A stretch of DNA of 63,415 nucleotides, filler included, from Choristocarpus tenellus KU-1152 (lineage: Eukaryota; Protista; Phaeophyceae), in assembly GCA_964200185.2 (NCBI GenBank). It is 12 parts of 12 records of this genome, joined end to end, with 100 filler letters (N's around TTAATTAATTAA, not from the genome) between each part and the next. Parts side by side here need not be neighbours in the genome. Positions count along the whole stretch, not along the records: positions 25,444 to 28,591 come from CAXNAD020021972.1; positions 28,692 to 33,409 come from CAXNAD020013355.1; positions 33,510 to 38,165 come from CAXNAD020013597.1; positions 38,266 to 41,904 come from CAXNAD020018801.1; 8 more parts are not named here. One strand, given 5' to 3'. A program made the position numbers and the translations under genes. Under the pieces are notes generated by a model. It was not told the DNA's origin. It ran no database searches and was given only the letters and a program-made list of their open reading frames with translations. This document shows positions 25,750 through 39,299 of the stretch, one piece after another. Each line of letters begins with the position of its first letter. Position 1 is the stretch's first letter.

Positions 25750-26800
25750 AACTCAAAATATTTTCATACCATGCCCTTTCCATAACAAAATGGATGACTC
25801 TTTTGGTTTTAAACAAGAATTTTATTGATGAGGCAATTCTAGATTACAAAAGACGGAGGTCTACCATGCTTACCCAGTAAGTGAACGTATGGTTTATGTG
25901 TTGAGTGTCCAGCTTTTGGAGTGTTGTTTACCATTTGCCACAATCTATACATTGTACAACTGATGTGGAAAATTATCGAGTTCATCAATGACGTTACATC
26001 AGCAACACACAATTACATGCAAGGATGCCAGTCACATCTGCAACTTCAGAAATGCAACCTATCCTCACTTGGTCAACTAATCTAACCACATATGCCTTCA
26101 ACCTCCTTACTACCAAAACTCCTTAGCCTTTAACTCATGAATACAAGCCTTCAGACTACGATGGATGTCGTCCCCCGTTTGGTGTTCCACAGCAAAAAAT
26201 GATGTTGAAGCAACCTGTATAATAGTTGTGAGGTAACGATATTCTTCCCATTCGTCTTTTATGAGAAAGTCCAACGTATCCTTTGCATGTATACACAGAC
26301 TGAAATATACTTCGAACCATGCAGAACTAGGCACTGCTAGTTTGTGCATTAGTCTTGGTCTCCTTTAGTCTAAGTAGGAGATACGAGACAAACTAATGCA
26401 ACCATTGTTCACTCCACTGCCAGCACTCCTAGCATATCGCATGTCCCAGATCATGTCATATAATTAATTTCTGAAGACATCCAAAAGGAGACAGTACTAT
26501 GTTTTGTAGTAACCCAGACAGCTTTGTCTGGAACAGCGTGAATGCACATACTGCTCTCACCAGTACAATGCGTTCACAAGGGAAGAGTATGAAATACAAC
26601 AAAGTTGTAAGTAGATCCTTGAAATACAATAATCTACAAATGATGCCAACATTTAGACATTTTATGTAAGGTATCATATTCGTAAGCATTTTTTTTCCTT
26701 GGCACAATTTACTGTAGTTGGCATTGCGCAATCTAGTCTTCTTCCTCAGTAAATGCCATCCTCGACAATCCACAAACAAAAATCACTAGTAGTTGTGAGG
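25750..26800 (-). mobile_element. Possible hAT-like transposase remnant
   Basis: FLIKDEWEEYRYLTTIIQVASTSFFAVEHQ resembles the hAT 'EW..+..+..+L.P....T..+E' segment. The region is otherwise decayed. Confidence 0.3.
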
Positions 26801-27032
26801 ATTGCAGGAGGCAATTTCTAAGCCTTCCGAATTTGATTGATTTGATTGTCAGTCTTCCTGAGTATTGGATGGAGACATGGTGATGGTGCTTAATCAGACT
26901 GTGTTAGTGTAGCATACCCTTAGATCAATTACCCTTGAAGTACACTTGCTGCTACATATTCTGAAGCATGAAGTATTCCTACATGAACAGCAGTTTTGTT
27001 TTCAAAATGGCAGCGCTCCACATGTTCATTGC

Positions 27033-28407
27033 TCATCCCCTCCTCTGGTAGAAAAGAACATATGCTGCAGGTGTGACTAGGTCACCCTCGTTTACTACTT
27101 TCGATACAGTGGCATCAGAGAAATTGTACCACTGTCCATTATTTTCGTTAAGGGCACAAGCAGAGTAATGACCCGCCCCAAGACCCCCATAATGGTTTAC
27201 CACTCCAAAAATATCATACACAGCTTCCTTTGATACTGCATCATGGTGTCTTTCTACCTTTTCTCCCCTTGCACTAGATCTCTCCCCCCCTGCCGCACTG
27301 GTAACCCTCTTATGCTCCACACACTTCACATCCCATCCTCTCTTCCTCGTAGCTTCTACTCCCACGACTCTTGATGTCTACTTCTGTTTTCCCTCCTTAT
27401 AGCCTCTACCACTCCCAGGCTGATCCGTATAGGTGGGCAGTCCCTCTTGGTATACTCCTGCCAACATGGATCCAGAACTTACCGCTTCCAGATCTCCTAG
27501 ATCCAAGCCTCTGTTCTTATGAGGGGAGTGGAATAAGAATGACTAGATCAGATGTAGGACATTGTTGCGGCCAAACTTCACTATGCATACAGAAGCACAC
27601 TTAGAGGAGAGACTGCAGAGTACATGGAAATGTTACCTTTACCTACCTCCAATGACGGATGTTTACTCCGATAAATTGAAGTAAGTGCTCACATAGAGTC
27701 AGATCTCCAGATAATCCTTAGTTGTTATTTTTTTCACTTCCTGAGAATGCATCAGCAACTACCTACAGTGCTGGGAATCTTCTGTCCCAACACTTTGAGT
27801 CCCTCCACAAAATTCCCCACTCCCAACCTGACAGGGAAGGTGACGAGACTCTCAATCTTGTCCCTGGATCCCCATCCTCCACTAATGTCGTATGAGAAGC
27901 GCTCTAGATGAATGAGCAGGACTGGGGGTAGTCGCCAAAGGCTTAGCTCCTTATACGCCTGCCTATATTTCTGTACCAATTAAAAAGAGTAAGAGGATAC
28001 AAGGACAGTTTTTCAAAAGTTCCGTATGTTGTGTGGATACAAATTGACATGTCGAGGCTAGTGGGAGATACGGTTACGATCTAAGTAGGGATGAAAGTTC
28101 CAGTGCTTGTGTTCCTCTTGGTAGGCCAATAAAGCAACAACCTAGATCTGATGTTTCAAATTAACCTGTTACATGCACTTCATATTGTCCCCCTAGCACT
28201 ATTGACCAATATTTTCTACTACAAATGATCTCTGGGCCAAGTGGAAAAATATTGAAAATTTCCTTCCTCTTGGCATACCTGGCAGTTCGGGCAGTACCAC
28301 ATTTCGGTTTCGTTCAGCTGCTCTTGGAGCAAGAAGTGTTCAAGACATCTGCACACGCTCAAGTTGGACGAGCTTTGGCCGTGGTCCAGGACTGGTTCAC
28401 CCTCCAC
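27033..28407 (-). CDS. Ubiquitin-specific protease (USP4/11/15-like, peptidase C19), last exons; possibly a pseudogene
   Basis: Exons 28407-28279, 27970-27828 and 27510-27033 have consistent phases. Motifs: [52 protein letters not shown], His box [31 protein letters not shown]. In-frame TAG at 27378-27380. Confidence 0.9.
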
Positions 28408-30400
28408 CTGAAATATATTACTGTCAAGGAGAAGGGGTTGAGGGAGGATGTGGTCAGGGGTTGGATTTGTCTGAAGTGTACTGCTTAGTCTGGAGTAATT
28501 TTTTGTGCTGTGCAATTTAGCACTTCCATGGTGGTAAGATGTCTGGTGCAGGGGCAATGAAGTGGTTGTATATGATGGGGGGTAACGCGGGNNNNNNNNN
28601 NNNNNNNNNNNNNNNNNNNNNNNNNNNNNNNNNNNTTAATTAATTAANNNNNNNNNNNNNNNNNNNNNNNNNNNNNNNNNNNNNNNNNNNNCACATAAAC
28701 ATCATGAAAAAAAAAGTGCTCGTAATCGTTTCCATCCTATCCATGAAGCTTATGAATATTTCCCAGCTCACCACGATTAATCAGTTACTTCGACGATTGA
28801 TTCCCAGCTAACCCTAACCCTAATTACTACAAAACCGATATTGTACCACATCAATTCTGTGCCGCTTTTTTCGGGCATGCCCATGTGTGCACAAAATCGG
28901 GGTAGGTACTGCACTACAATTGACATGTTCTGCCGTATGGTAAACTATTGCGTAGGATGGTTTTTTGGTGGAAGGGATACCAAACGTTTCATGTCGTGTG
29001 TAGGTCTACATATGCGCCCAGATGCTCATTACATTGTTTGTGCCTCCTTCTCTACAGGGGGATATGAGATTGTGCTTGAGTTGTTGAAAAATCGAGGTCG
29101 ATAGATTGGAGGAATGTACCTTCAAATAAGTCATTATGTGGACTGCCGCAACTTTTACCGTACTTTACCGTACGACAAAGTATGGAAAAATGACATGAGG
29201 TGAGTGGATGAAGGAAGAGCGAAACATGTGTTGACATGTCCTCGAGATTGTAAGAGTCAGGGATGGTGTTGGAGTTGAGGCACAGGGTTAGGGTTGGGAC
29301 AATTGTTAGGGTTGGGACTGGAAACAGAAACAGAAAGGAGTATCGTTTATTTCTGATACATATCGGATTCAACGTGTATCGGAGGACACGATCTTCGTGT
29401 TTAGGTTTCGTCCTGCTTTTGAGGGAAGGACGTGTGTGTCACCAGTTCCGAGCTACGGTGTAACTGGTGAACACCACGTGTCTCTGATTTCGATGCAATT
29501 GTGTGATATTTCAGAAGGATATGGTGACCATATCCTTCGCTATGCCTAGTCTTCAAGCGCTAACCCCTTGTTGCAATAATTACAGAACGCACAGGCTAGA
29601 TTGGAGTATGTCTAGTTGCGATGGAGGCCTGGCCTCACCCTTGGGATATCCTGAGGTCTACCCCTCTGGAGTCCACGAGTTCATTCCCTTTGTTAGCCAG
29701 ATCCCCTAGTGGCGGACGGGTGGCCATTCTACATCTGCGGTGCGATGGGTATCGTCCTCTCAAAGAAGTGCAACAACTAATCCTCTATATTGTCCAGGCC
29801 TGTTAGTTTGTTGTTGAGTGAGTGAGCGAGAGTGGGGTTAAGTCGCATATGTGGTTTGGCGAAAGTATTTTTGTTATGCACTATAATAAATTCTTCAAAT
29901 GTCGAAATATATGAAAAAAGATGCAAACTCGACATTTTGACCCTTTCGCACTAATGAAAGAGGATGGAGAATTGTATATATAATATAAAAAATACATTTG
30001 AAAGTCTATTTGTTCTAGTTCAACGTCGTCACAGACATATATATATATATATAAATTTCAATATATATGCGAAGAGAGCAAAATTCCCCTTCTTAATTTT
30101 CCTATTTGATTCTCGAGCCTGTTTAGGACCCCCATATATATGCTACTATTTTGTAGGGGTACAACATTCGGTAAGAGCGTTTGTTCTTTCGTTGATTGGG
30201 GTTAGATTGTCATACAACCGACAAGAAAAAAGAGGTCGAAAAGACCAAAATCCCTTGATCAAGGGAGACTAGGTGCGTATCCCTACCAGGAGGATCGGGC
30301 TCGTCTGTGGCTATCCCTGTGCGCTGTATGTAACACTAAACATCGGTCGTGTCGGAAGGGAAAAAGACGACAGGACTTACTCCTCGTTCAAGGTGATCAG

Positions 30401-30780
30401 GATGCCCCTGTATTTATCATCATTAGAACCGTGTACACGCCAGCTGTCAATAGTGGTAACATCAACATCTTGAAATCCGATGCCCCTGCATTTACTACCA
30501 TTAGAACCGTGTACACACCAGCTATCAATAGTGGTAACATCAACATCTCGAAATCCGATGCCCCTGCATTTACTACCATTAGAACCGTGTACACACCAGC
30601 TCTCAATAGTGGTGACATCAACATTTTGAAATCCGATGCCCTTTATTCATTACCATTAGAACCGTCTACACACCAGCTGTCAATAGTGGTATCACCAAAA
30701 TCTTGAAATCCGATGCCCCTGCATTTACTACCCTTTGAACCGTGTACACACCACCCGTCAATAGTGTTATCACCAACATC
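30401..30780. repeat. Minisatellite, 78-bp unit, about 5 copies
   Basis: gatgccc anchor at 30401, 30479, 30557, 30635 and 30712. Confidence 0.95.
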
Positions 30781-32159
30781 ACTACTCCAGGATCTATAAT
30801 TTGTTGATCGAAACCATTCATAAACTGTCTGCCACCAGCAATGCCAGCGTCGCTTACCCCGACATCATTTCACGTTGGACCTAACCCAAGACCGACCAGA
30901 CGTCGAAATACCATATGCATCTGTGGCGATTTATAAGCGTGTAATCTCCTTACTCCCTTTTCAGAGCACCGCACACACCATACCCTGTCGTTAGTCCACC
31001 ATCCAAAGCCTCCATCATACTGTAATCATCCCACCCACCCCAGATGCTGATAATGTAAGCCCTGAAGCCAACACCAGTTATCCTTACACGCTAACCCTAA
31101 CCAACATTAATTACCTACATCTCGAACACTTAACCCAAATCGCGAAGAGACAGATTTCACCTTATATACAACATGTTGATGTACTGGTAATGCAGCAGCT
31201 ATCGTCAAAATTTATTCCAGCGAATTCAACCGAGCTAAACCGAAATTGGAACATGGGTTGCAGTGACATGTGTAGAGAGTAATCAGACAACTGATCCGAA
31301 ATAGAACTAGGATTCCACGATCCAATTCCAAGCACCACAACATTCTTCTGTCGAATACGCTACGTGGTGACACCATCAATATGCACGTGTAAGGGCTACG
31401 ATACGATTAGAACTTTTCTGATAAGGTACGTATCTCGTTGCAATGCAATTTCGATTTAACTCGCGCGTTGATATCACCACGTGCGCGCAGCTTTGTAAAA
31501 AAACCGCGGTAACCTCACTTTGATGGCTTCTGCCAACCGGTATAGAACATGCCAAATTTCTATTTCGAAGCGTTCCAAAATTCCCATATTCGTTTCATAC
31601 TGGTGCATTGATGCTTTCTCTTTCGCGGTTCAACTTATTGTTTTCCTGCTTTCCATGTTTGTTCCAAATCGATACACACCACCCCCAACTGTTTTGCCGT
31701 GCTTTCGAAATTGATGATCCTTACCGTCTGACAGAACACATCAAATTTCTTCACTACTGTCTCTGACCTATGTCAAACACAAATCTGTGCATGGTTGCCT
31801 CCCGACATCTAACCCGGGTCAGTGCGTAAATCCTTTTAATCTGCATACGGTATTGGTGCGTTCTCATATTCAATATTCCTTCCATGTTGGCGGGGTTTGC
31901 CGTTTGACACATGTTCGCAAATATCACTCTCCACGGAAAACGCTACACTGTCCTCATGACGACAACAGTGCTTCGCCCAAATATGGACATGAACCTCACA
32001 CTCCCTACAGATCCCGTCATCATTGATCACATACTCTGTCACTGTTTATACAACAAAATACCCTTGCAGTCATCGCCCAACAATTGTATCCATCCCTGCG
32101 TCGATATCCTTTTCGTTTGCTGATATCGTTGCCATAAAATACCTAACCTACCTTCACAG

Positions 32160-33110
32160 GCAGTCGTCCGGAGGCCTAGAGAAACCTGAAGAGGAGAAGA
32201 CGACAGAGTTGATCACAGCAAACCTCAGCGCGACCCATATGGTCGACCTGGCCACATCTGCTTTCTTGTCCCAGAGGTACAATGCCAATCTCCTTGATAA
32301 GGAGAGGGTAGTGTCAGTGTATTCAAAGCTGGGCCTGGACTCACAGGTCGTCGCCGATAAGCTCGCGGCGATCCTGAGTGGACAGCCTTTCTCTTTGTGC
32401 TCACGATGGAAAACGATCCATAAGTTCAAGGCCGACATGCGCGGAGCAAAGGTACCCTCTGATGTGCCCGATGTCGAACTGCTCGCGTACTAAATTGCGA
32501 ACGGCAACCTAGAACTAGATGAGGATGGCGATGCTAGGGATCCAGACAACGACGATAATGTCTTGAGTCAAAGGATCTTAGAGGGTAGATCCACGTCCGT
32601 TTGGGGGCCAAAACACAATGTTGCGATTTTGATATAGTATTGGCTATCGTGTTTGTTAGGAAGTGTCAATACCCTTGTTCCGGACGTACCTTTTCATAAC
32701 ATACACATTTTACCTACTCCAAAATGTTTCGGAGTAGGAAAATGTCATAAAAATATCGTGGGAAGTCAAGTCCCATATGGACAAACTGGGCAAAACTCGT
32801 ACCCTCTAAGATACTTTCACTCCTTGTTTTGTCTGAATGGACAGCATAGGATCGTGCTCCTGAGGGTCATCGAGTGCGTGGCGAAGGAGGATAATGTCCC
32901 ATGTAGCATCAACCTCCCACCCCACGTCACAACGCAATGGGTCTCAGACGTTCGAGCGAACCTCAAGATAGGTGAACACCGGAGGTTCATGTGGAAGATA
33001 TTTCCACACTGCCGTCACGAGAAGGCTGAGTGCATATCGATAGGAGACTGGTGGCTAGCAGATCACATGTGCCCAATATCCTCGACATATTCCATTGGAT
33101 GGTGTGTTGG
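32160..33110 (+). pseudogene. MITE-interrupted ORF with a ParB/Srx (DGQHR-like) motif
   Basis: Acceptor ttcacag at about 32159. The ORF runs through one TAA (32491-32493). Removing the MITE and one target duplication restores DDNVLFCLNGQHRIVLLRVI in frame. Confidence 0.55.
32565..32822 (+). mobile_element. MITE family A, complete
   Basis: TIRs gagtcaaaggatcttagagggta ... taccctctaagatactttcactc; flanked by CTT/CTT; 258 bp. Confidence 0.92.
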
Positions 33111-35809
33111 GTTGTGTTCGTAGATAGTGCTGCTGATACACTATAGACACCATCGGTGGGGTAAATTAGGAACGATAAACACCACCAATGGAGAGTAATG
33201 GAGTAATGAGGGAAATGTAGTGACAAATAAATGTTTCGGTGTATCTTAGTTGAAAGTTTGCACATATCATATATGATGCAGTGATCATATTCTTGTCTGA
33301 TTGCAGTATTCTTTTCTGATTATCCATGTGCGCGTTGCAAACCCCTCATGGCAATCAACCGCTGGTCTTACCTGTTCGATTAGACTCTTCCAACTCTATC
33401 GGACAGTTANNNNNNNNNNNNNNNNNNNNNNNNNNNNNNNNNNNNNNNNNNNNTTAATTAATTAANNNNNNNNNNNNNNNNNNNNNNNNNNNNNNNNNNN
33501 NNNNNNNNNCCCCCAGATACTTTGACCCAGGGGCGATGGTGGGTTGTGTAGGGGGTGGGAAGGTGGGGGTTACGACTATTTGGTGCAGGCTCCGCTTGTA
33601 CTCATGCTATGTCTGTGGAGGGATGCAGTAGTTGTCATCGAGATAGAAGTGACCTATGGGTTCAGTGGAATGTGCATCTTGCTTGTGGTGTCCAACCCTT
33701 GACTAACCACTCTACATTTCCTGCCTCCCTCCCCATGTGTCTCTAAATCCAGTATTACAGTGAGTTCATGGTGGCTGGCAGCACTTTCCTCTTCCGGGAA
33801 GGCCGTGCCAAGGGAATTGGGAAGGTCCGGAGGATCATTGGTTGATCTTATTCTATCTCCCACATGCTGCTGCCCTCTTGCTTCCCTCTCTCCTCCCTCT
33901 CACATCATTGGAATGCCCAAGGATGGAAGGGGGATGGGTATGTACTTGAGGGTTGGCCTTGCTTGAGTACACTCAGGTACCATGTGTGGTGTGGGACGTG
34001 GGTGTATTATGTTGACGTGAGTGCGTGTATAGCTGGGAGTATCTTTGTGCAAGTCAGGGAATTTTCATGCCTCTGTTGTTCCATGTATATGAGTGTATGT
34101 ATGTGCCTCAAGCTACCTTAGGCTCTGTGTGGGAAACAGGCCTGGGGAGTTTGTGGCCCTAATGTGGTTACATGCCCAACCATACCTTGCTTCGCCCATC
34201 GATTCACCCCTAGTTGTGATTATTTTTTCATTTTGTATCATCAATGCTGCTGTATCCACCCTCAATTTGCAATTGTATACTTATGCGCATCAAGGGAAGT
34301 AGAGTGTCTGGTTGTTTACTCAGAGTACTTTTGAAGAAGTGTGGGTGTTTTTTCACTTCAAGTCTTGATTTCTCCGTTCATATCTTTTTTAGCTAGTTGG
34401 GCACCATCTCCCCTGTTTCCTTGTTGCTGGGGTAGGGCGCTGTGCACCCAGCAGTCGAGTGTCTGAGGTGCAAGTGTCACAGGAGCATGCACTGGAGCAC
34501 ACCCATATGTTTGTACATGTATGCGAATAACCCTCTTGTTGTGGTTGTGTGTGAGGGGAAAAATTATTTTTGTGATAAGTGTACTCTACACCGCACTCTT
34601 TCCCACCTGTTTTTGTGTTTGTGTGTTGGTTTGTCAGCGAGGATGCTGCTGTGTTGCACCTAGTCTCTTGTCCACCTTTCAGTTAGTTGAGAGTTCTTTC
34701 CATCACCGTAAGCAAAAGGGAGTAGAAGCATAGCAGAGCAAATGAGACTCATGCAACAGGATTGGGTCAGAGGGGTGAGGGTTGGGGTGGGGGAGGAAGT
34801 CAACGTATGTGCGTATATATATATATATGATATGGGTTCAATTTCAAATAGGAGAGTGTGGCAGCCAAGCCCTCCTCGGTTCATCCTGCCCCTCACCTTT
34901 CTTCTTACTTCTGTTGCCTTACTTGCCTTGCTGTCCTGTGTGTCCAATACAGTTCAAGCGTATTGTTATATAGTAGTAGGCCGTATTCATCTGTACCACA
35001 AATGCCTGGGTGGGGGCTAGACCAGTGGTGTTTATTTTGGTGCTGTTGTGCGTAGTCCAAGCAAGGTGGACTGGCTGAGTCCTGAGAGTCCAGAGAGGGA
35101 AAATACTTGGAATGTAATATCCCTATCTTCTCGGATTCCTGGCCCTCTCCTCTGCCTAATGTCCTGTCGCCTTTCTCTGGTGAGAGTGTATGCTCACGCC
35201 TCAGTCCTGTTGACTGAGCATTGGGTGTATGTGTGGAGTTTTTGCATGGAATAGTTGGGTGTTTTTGCTGCCAGCAGTCCCACCTTTTTGGGGAGCAGAA
35301 AGGGTATGGTGCGAGGATTAGGAAGCATTACTGTCAGTAGGTAGTGACAAGAAGAAGTGTGATTGTGTAATTGGGTGTCAAATAGGTAGGTATGAAAAGT
35401 GTGAGTAAACACTCATAACAAAGAGCAGTCAAGGCAAGCCTGAGAGTCTCAATTTAAGAGGAGGCTTGGAGCAGGCAGCACTACTACACAAACAATGACG
35501 AATGACAGTTAAATAATACCCCAGTGATAGAATAATGATGAGGGGGAAATGAGAACGAAAGACCAGGTACACCCAATGATGTTAGTATGTTCATTTTGCT
35601 AATCTGGTGTTGTTCTCATGACTGATGAGATTAACTTTGAAACAAGTTTCTACATGTCATATATGTGTGCATTTATTACTAGCACTGATGGGCCCTCAAA
35701 TGACAATAAAAGATAAATGGTCCAGAGCAACAAGGAGCTTGAGGTCATTCTTGTTACCATCCCAAATCTTACCTTCTTGAGTGCACAAATATTGTACATA
35801 ATACATACA

Positions 35810-35953
35810 GACCCAAAGTATCATGGGGGGGGGGGGGGGGGGGGGCCCCACCCCGGGGTGTCTTCTTGCACAAAAGGGGGGAAAGTGTTTCTACTTTCCC
35901 CCCCCCANNNNNNNNNNATTAATTAAATAAAAAACAAAAAAAAACAGAGGGGT

Positions 35954-35987
<34 letters not shown>

Positions 35988-36139
35988 CGGCCTACACCAG
36001 GGTGTCCATTTGCACCAAAATGGGAAAAGTGCTTCTACATTATCCATCCGACTTATGCAACCAAATCACCCAAAAATTGCGTCATGAAAAAATTGACCCC
36101 ACATGGACAGCCGCCATCCCCCCCAAGATACTTTGAGCC
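35810..36139 (+). mobile_element. MITE family B (poly-G TIR), spans a 10-N gap
   Basis: gacccaaagtatcatggg ... ccccaagatactttgagcc; flanked by ACA/ACA; reverse complement of 41712-41896. Confidence 0.8.
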
Positions 36140-37603
36140 ACACACGCACCTGTTATAGCACACCAGGTTTGATATTTGCTTCCTTCTGCATGTCTACTTC
36201 ACCCACGTATTGATGCTCAACTGTCATGCATGCACGAAGCAATAAGCACTGCACTGAGTTATTTTATTCTAGACTAATACTTTGCTTATGCTCTATGTAC
36301 TCCGATCCGTTATCTATGTGTATATATACATGCTGTAAATGGGTCGAGTAAGCGCTCAATGTGTAAGACTGATGATACCGTCAATACATGTTACCTGGCA
36401 GTACGGTGGTTACAACCTCTTTTTGCCATGTGGCACCAGCAGTCACAGCCACCATGAGATGTATGATGGTAAGAGCTTTACTACAGGAGAGAGCAACTTG
36501 CAAATTTGTCAAAGAAAATATAGCAAGCCTCATCATGCCTGTCTGTCCTTTGTGTGCAATAATGATGACGTGGAACAATATGTGTAATCGTCAGAGTGGT
36601 GGTAAACACACATATTCTGTACTTACCCACCACTGGGCTCATCACGTCGACTGTACGTACCACTACTCATTCAAGTATTTGGTATCTCTGCTGTTGTTAC
36701 AGGGCAACTTAAGCCTGCAATAAATGCCCCCAGTAGAAGAGACATTCATTTCATTATATTTATAATTTCTTGGGGGGGCACTTTGTGAAACATGCAGTCG
36801 AGGATATGTTGATTGCCCGCAGAAATGTTACATACATACGATGTACTACATGGAGTCGCCAGAATGTTATGACAATTAGAACAACAGTCTTGTGAGAAAC
36901 GTTTCAACATCATACTTTGCAACAATAGTTCCTAATTCCCAGATGTTGCAAACAATACACGCAGTACTAGTAGGTAGCAGTAGTAGTGACCTCGTTTGCT
37001 AGTGTATCTACTCACAGAGCGCCCCCCAAATAGGAAAGAAGACAGACACGCATGTGTACTACACACTTCTAACAAGCCTAAGCGATCCGAGGTTTACTCT
37101 TGTGCTCTTTGTCTGAAAACTCCAAACCTTGCGTAACATACCATCTGATGCACAGATGCTTGTTTGTCAGGCTGTGTGTAGTCATCCCATGTACATCACA
37201 TAGTACTATTGCTGATCAATAATGCATCCTGCCTCATGCCACCCTGACTGTGGTAAGGAATTAAAGTTACTTGTTGAATCCCTCCGATCAGAAATTTGTT
37301 TGACCAGCACCAAGGTCGATGAAATAAATATGTGATGGCCCTCTTCTGCTGCTCCTCTTCCTCTTCTTCTACCGATCTATATATCATGAGGATACAAAAC
37401 AAAGAACCTAAACACTTCAAAACATCGCCTTGGCAGACTTCAACCAAATCTGTCGTCCGATAGAGGAAACATATATTTCCCCTGACAATTCAGTTGGCAG
37501 ATAGCCACCTAAAAGTTTCTAAGTTATCACGCAATTGTTTTTAAGTAAGAACTCTCTTTACAGGAGGACCACAAGAAGAGCTATACAGTAACAACAGTAA
37601 GTA

Positions 37604-37872
37604 GAGTCAAAGTAAACGAGAGGCACCCGGAGTTTCATTTCAAGGATGTTGACAACTATTTGCAAAATTCAGCTGTATCGATAAATGCGTTTAGGATATT
37701 TTTTAATTCTGTCAAAAATGATCAAACAACGGAAAAATCAATACTCTCATGCAAGCGAAACTTGGCACTTCATATTATATTATAGAAATATGCGTGAATC
37801 GCAAAAAATTGAAAACAGGCTTAAAATGTAAAACGGCAAAACCTGGGTACCTCTTGTTTTTTTGATTGGGTC
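37604..37872 (-). mobile_element. MITE family C, complete
   Basis: gagtcaaagtaaacgagaggcacc ... ggtacctcttgtttttttgattgggtc; flanked by AGTA/AGTA. Confidence 0.8.
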
Positions 37873-39299
37873 AGTAGTAGTAGGAATAGATTTGTCAAAA
37901 CGCGACTCGCGTAGAACCTATTATGCGCCAAAATCTTGCATTTCAGATAAATACTAAAGTCTTACAAATACTAACTTGGGCAAGTGCCTTTACGTGACAC
38001 AAGTTTTCTTTGGGGATAATTCAGACAGATTAATTTTTTGAGGAGGATTTGGGTTGGGGTTGGAAAAGGCCCGTAGTATCCTAGAGGGGGGGTCAGGTGA
38101 CCATTCGGGGCCTGTGTGAACTTGTAGTGATTTTCCATGTCATCAGAGTAAACGTGGTGTCAGATNNNNNNNNNNNNNNNNNNNNNNNNNNNNNNNNNNN
38201 NNNNNNNNNTTAATTAATTAANNNNNNNNNNNNNNNNNNNNNNNNNNNNNNNNNNNNNNNNNNNNCTGTGGAAAGTCCATAGTTGTACTGTTTATGTGTT
38301 TTTTTTTTCCCTCCTTGTTTTGTTGCTTGTTGTATGTTCACAAACCCTGAAAGACACGTCTGAGAGAGTTTCGGAAAGGTGGGGATTTTGTGGAGCATGA
38401 TCAAAATGAGGTTTAGAAAATCATATAATGATGATTTAAGGAAGCCCCCCTGTTGTGATGGCTGTGGTGTCTTCCGAAGGAGTGTCATCTCTGTATAACA
38501 AACAGCAATTGCAGTATAAAGGCAATTGTTGCATCTGCAACAAAGTAGTAATAAGGAATGAGATTGTTTTAGCTGGTATCCTATTTTGTTGAGGTACTGG
38601 GGTATTGCCTACCCAGCTTTACAGCAGTGAGTAACTGCATGCACAGTAGTACTTTGTACACAATTAAACAGGGATAATCTTGGTCTCACACCTGTCTTGT
38701 GATCTACATTTTTAAGTGTCTATTATATATATGGGGGGTTGTAAAACGACTGTATTATTTAAAACAATTGGTACTGCGGTCCTTCAGGATGTGCGCAAGG
38801 CATCTGCTATGGTGCACTTCAGACATGATAGGTCTAGAATTTCATAACAAATTGGGAATATGTGCAAGCCAAACCGTCTTGGAGGTGTAGCGTTTTGGTG
38901 TATCACACACACACGAAAACAGAAATTGCTCATATGGGATACACCTTAGCTCCTGTCGAGAATTGCCTGACTACACTGTGTAACCCACTAACCCCGTTTT
39001 ATATCTATCATCAGGTGAGGGTATGTGAGACAAAAATCTCAAGGATACATGTTACATTCTTGCTCCTATACATGAGTTCTCATTACTCTTCAGTAGTCAA
39101 TGTACCTATCTTCACCAAGGCACCCCTAAATAGTTAAGAGATTGCAGATGTATGTTGTTGCTCTCTGTTGCTCTTACTACAGTATGTTTCTTCATTACCT
39201 GTCATCTGTAAAAAATGCCAACCAAAAGATTTATCCTGATTAGGATAAAACATTATGTCTTAAGCCATGACCATCGAGACCCCTGGCCTTTTACCTTCT

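Noticed and set aside
30401-30780. CRISPR-like array
   Set aside because: Contiguous tandem units with no unique spacers and no cas genes.
9880-32493. Alternative genetic code or RNA editing (TGA at a conserved Trp; TAG and TAA in otherwise open frames)
   Set aside because: The aminopeptidase also has a frameshift and a broken acceptor, its other Trp codons are TGG, and TGA terminates the USP gene. Pseudogenisation is the simpler explanation.
35821-36035. Apparent internal duplication within a family B MITE
   Set aside because: Low-quality overlap on both sides of a 10-N gap next to poly-G; likely an assembly artefact.
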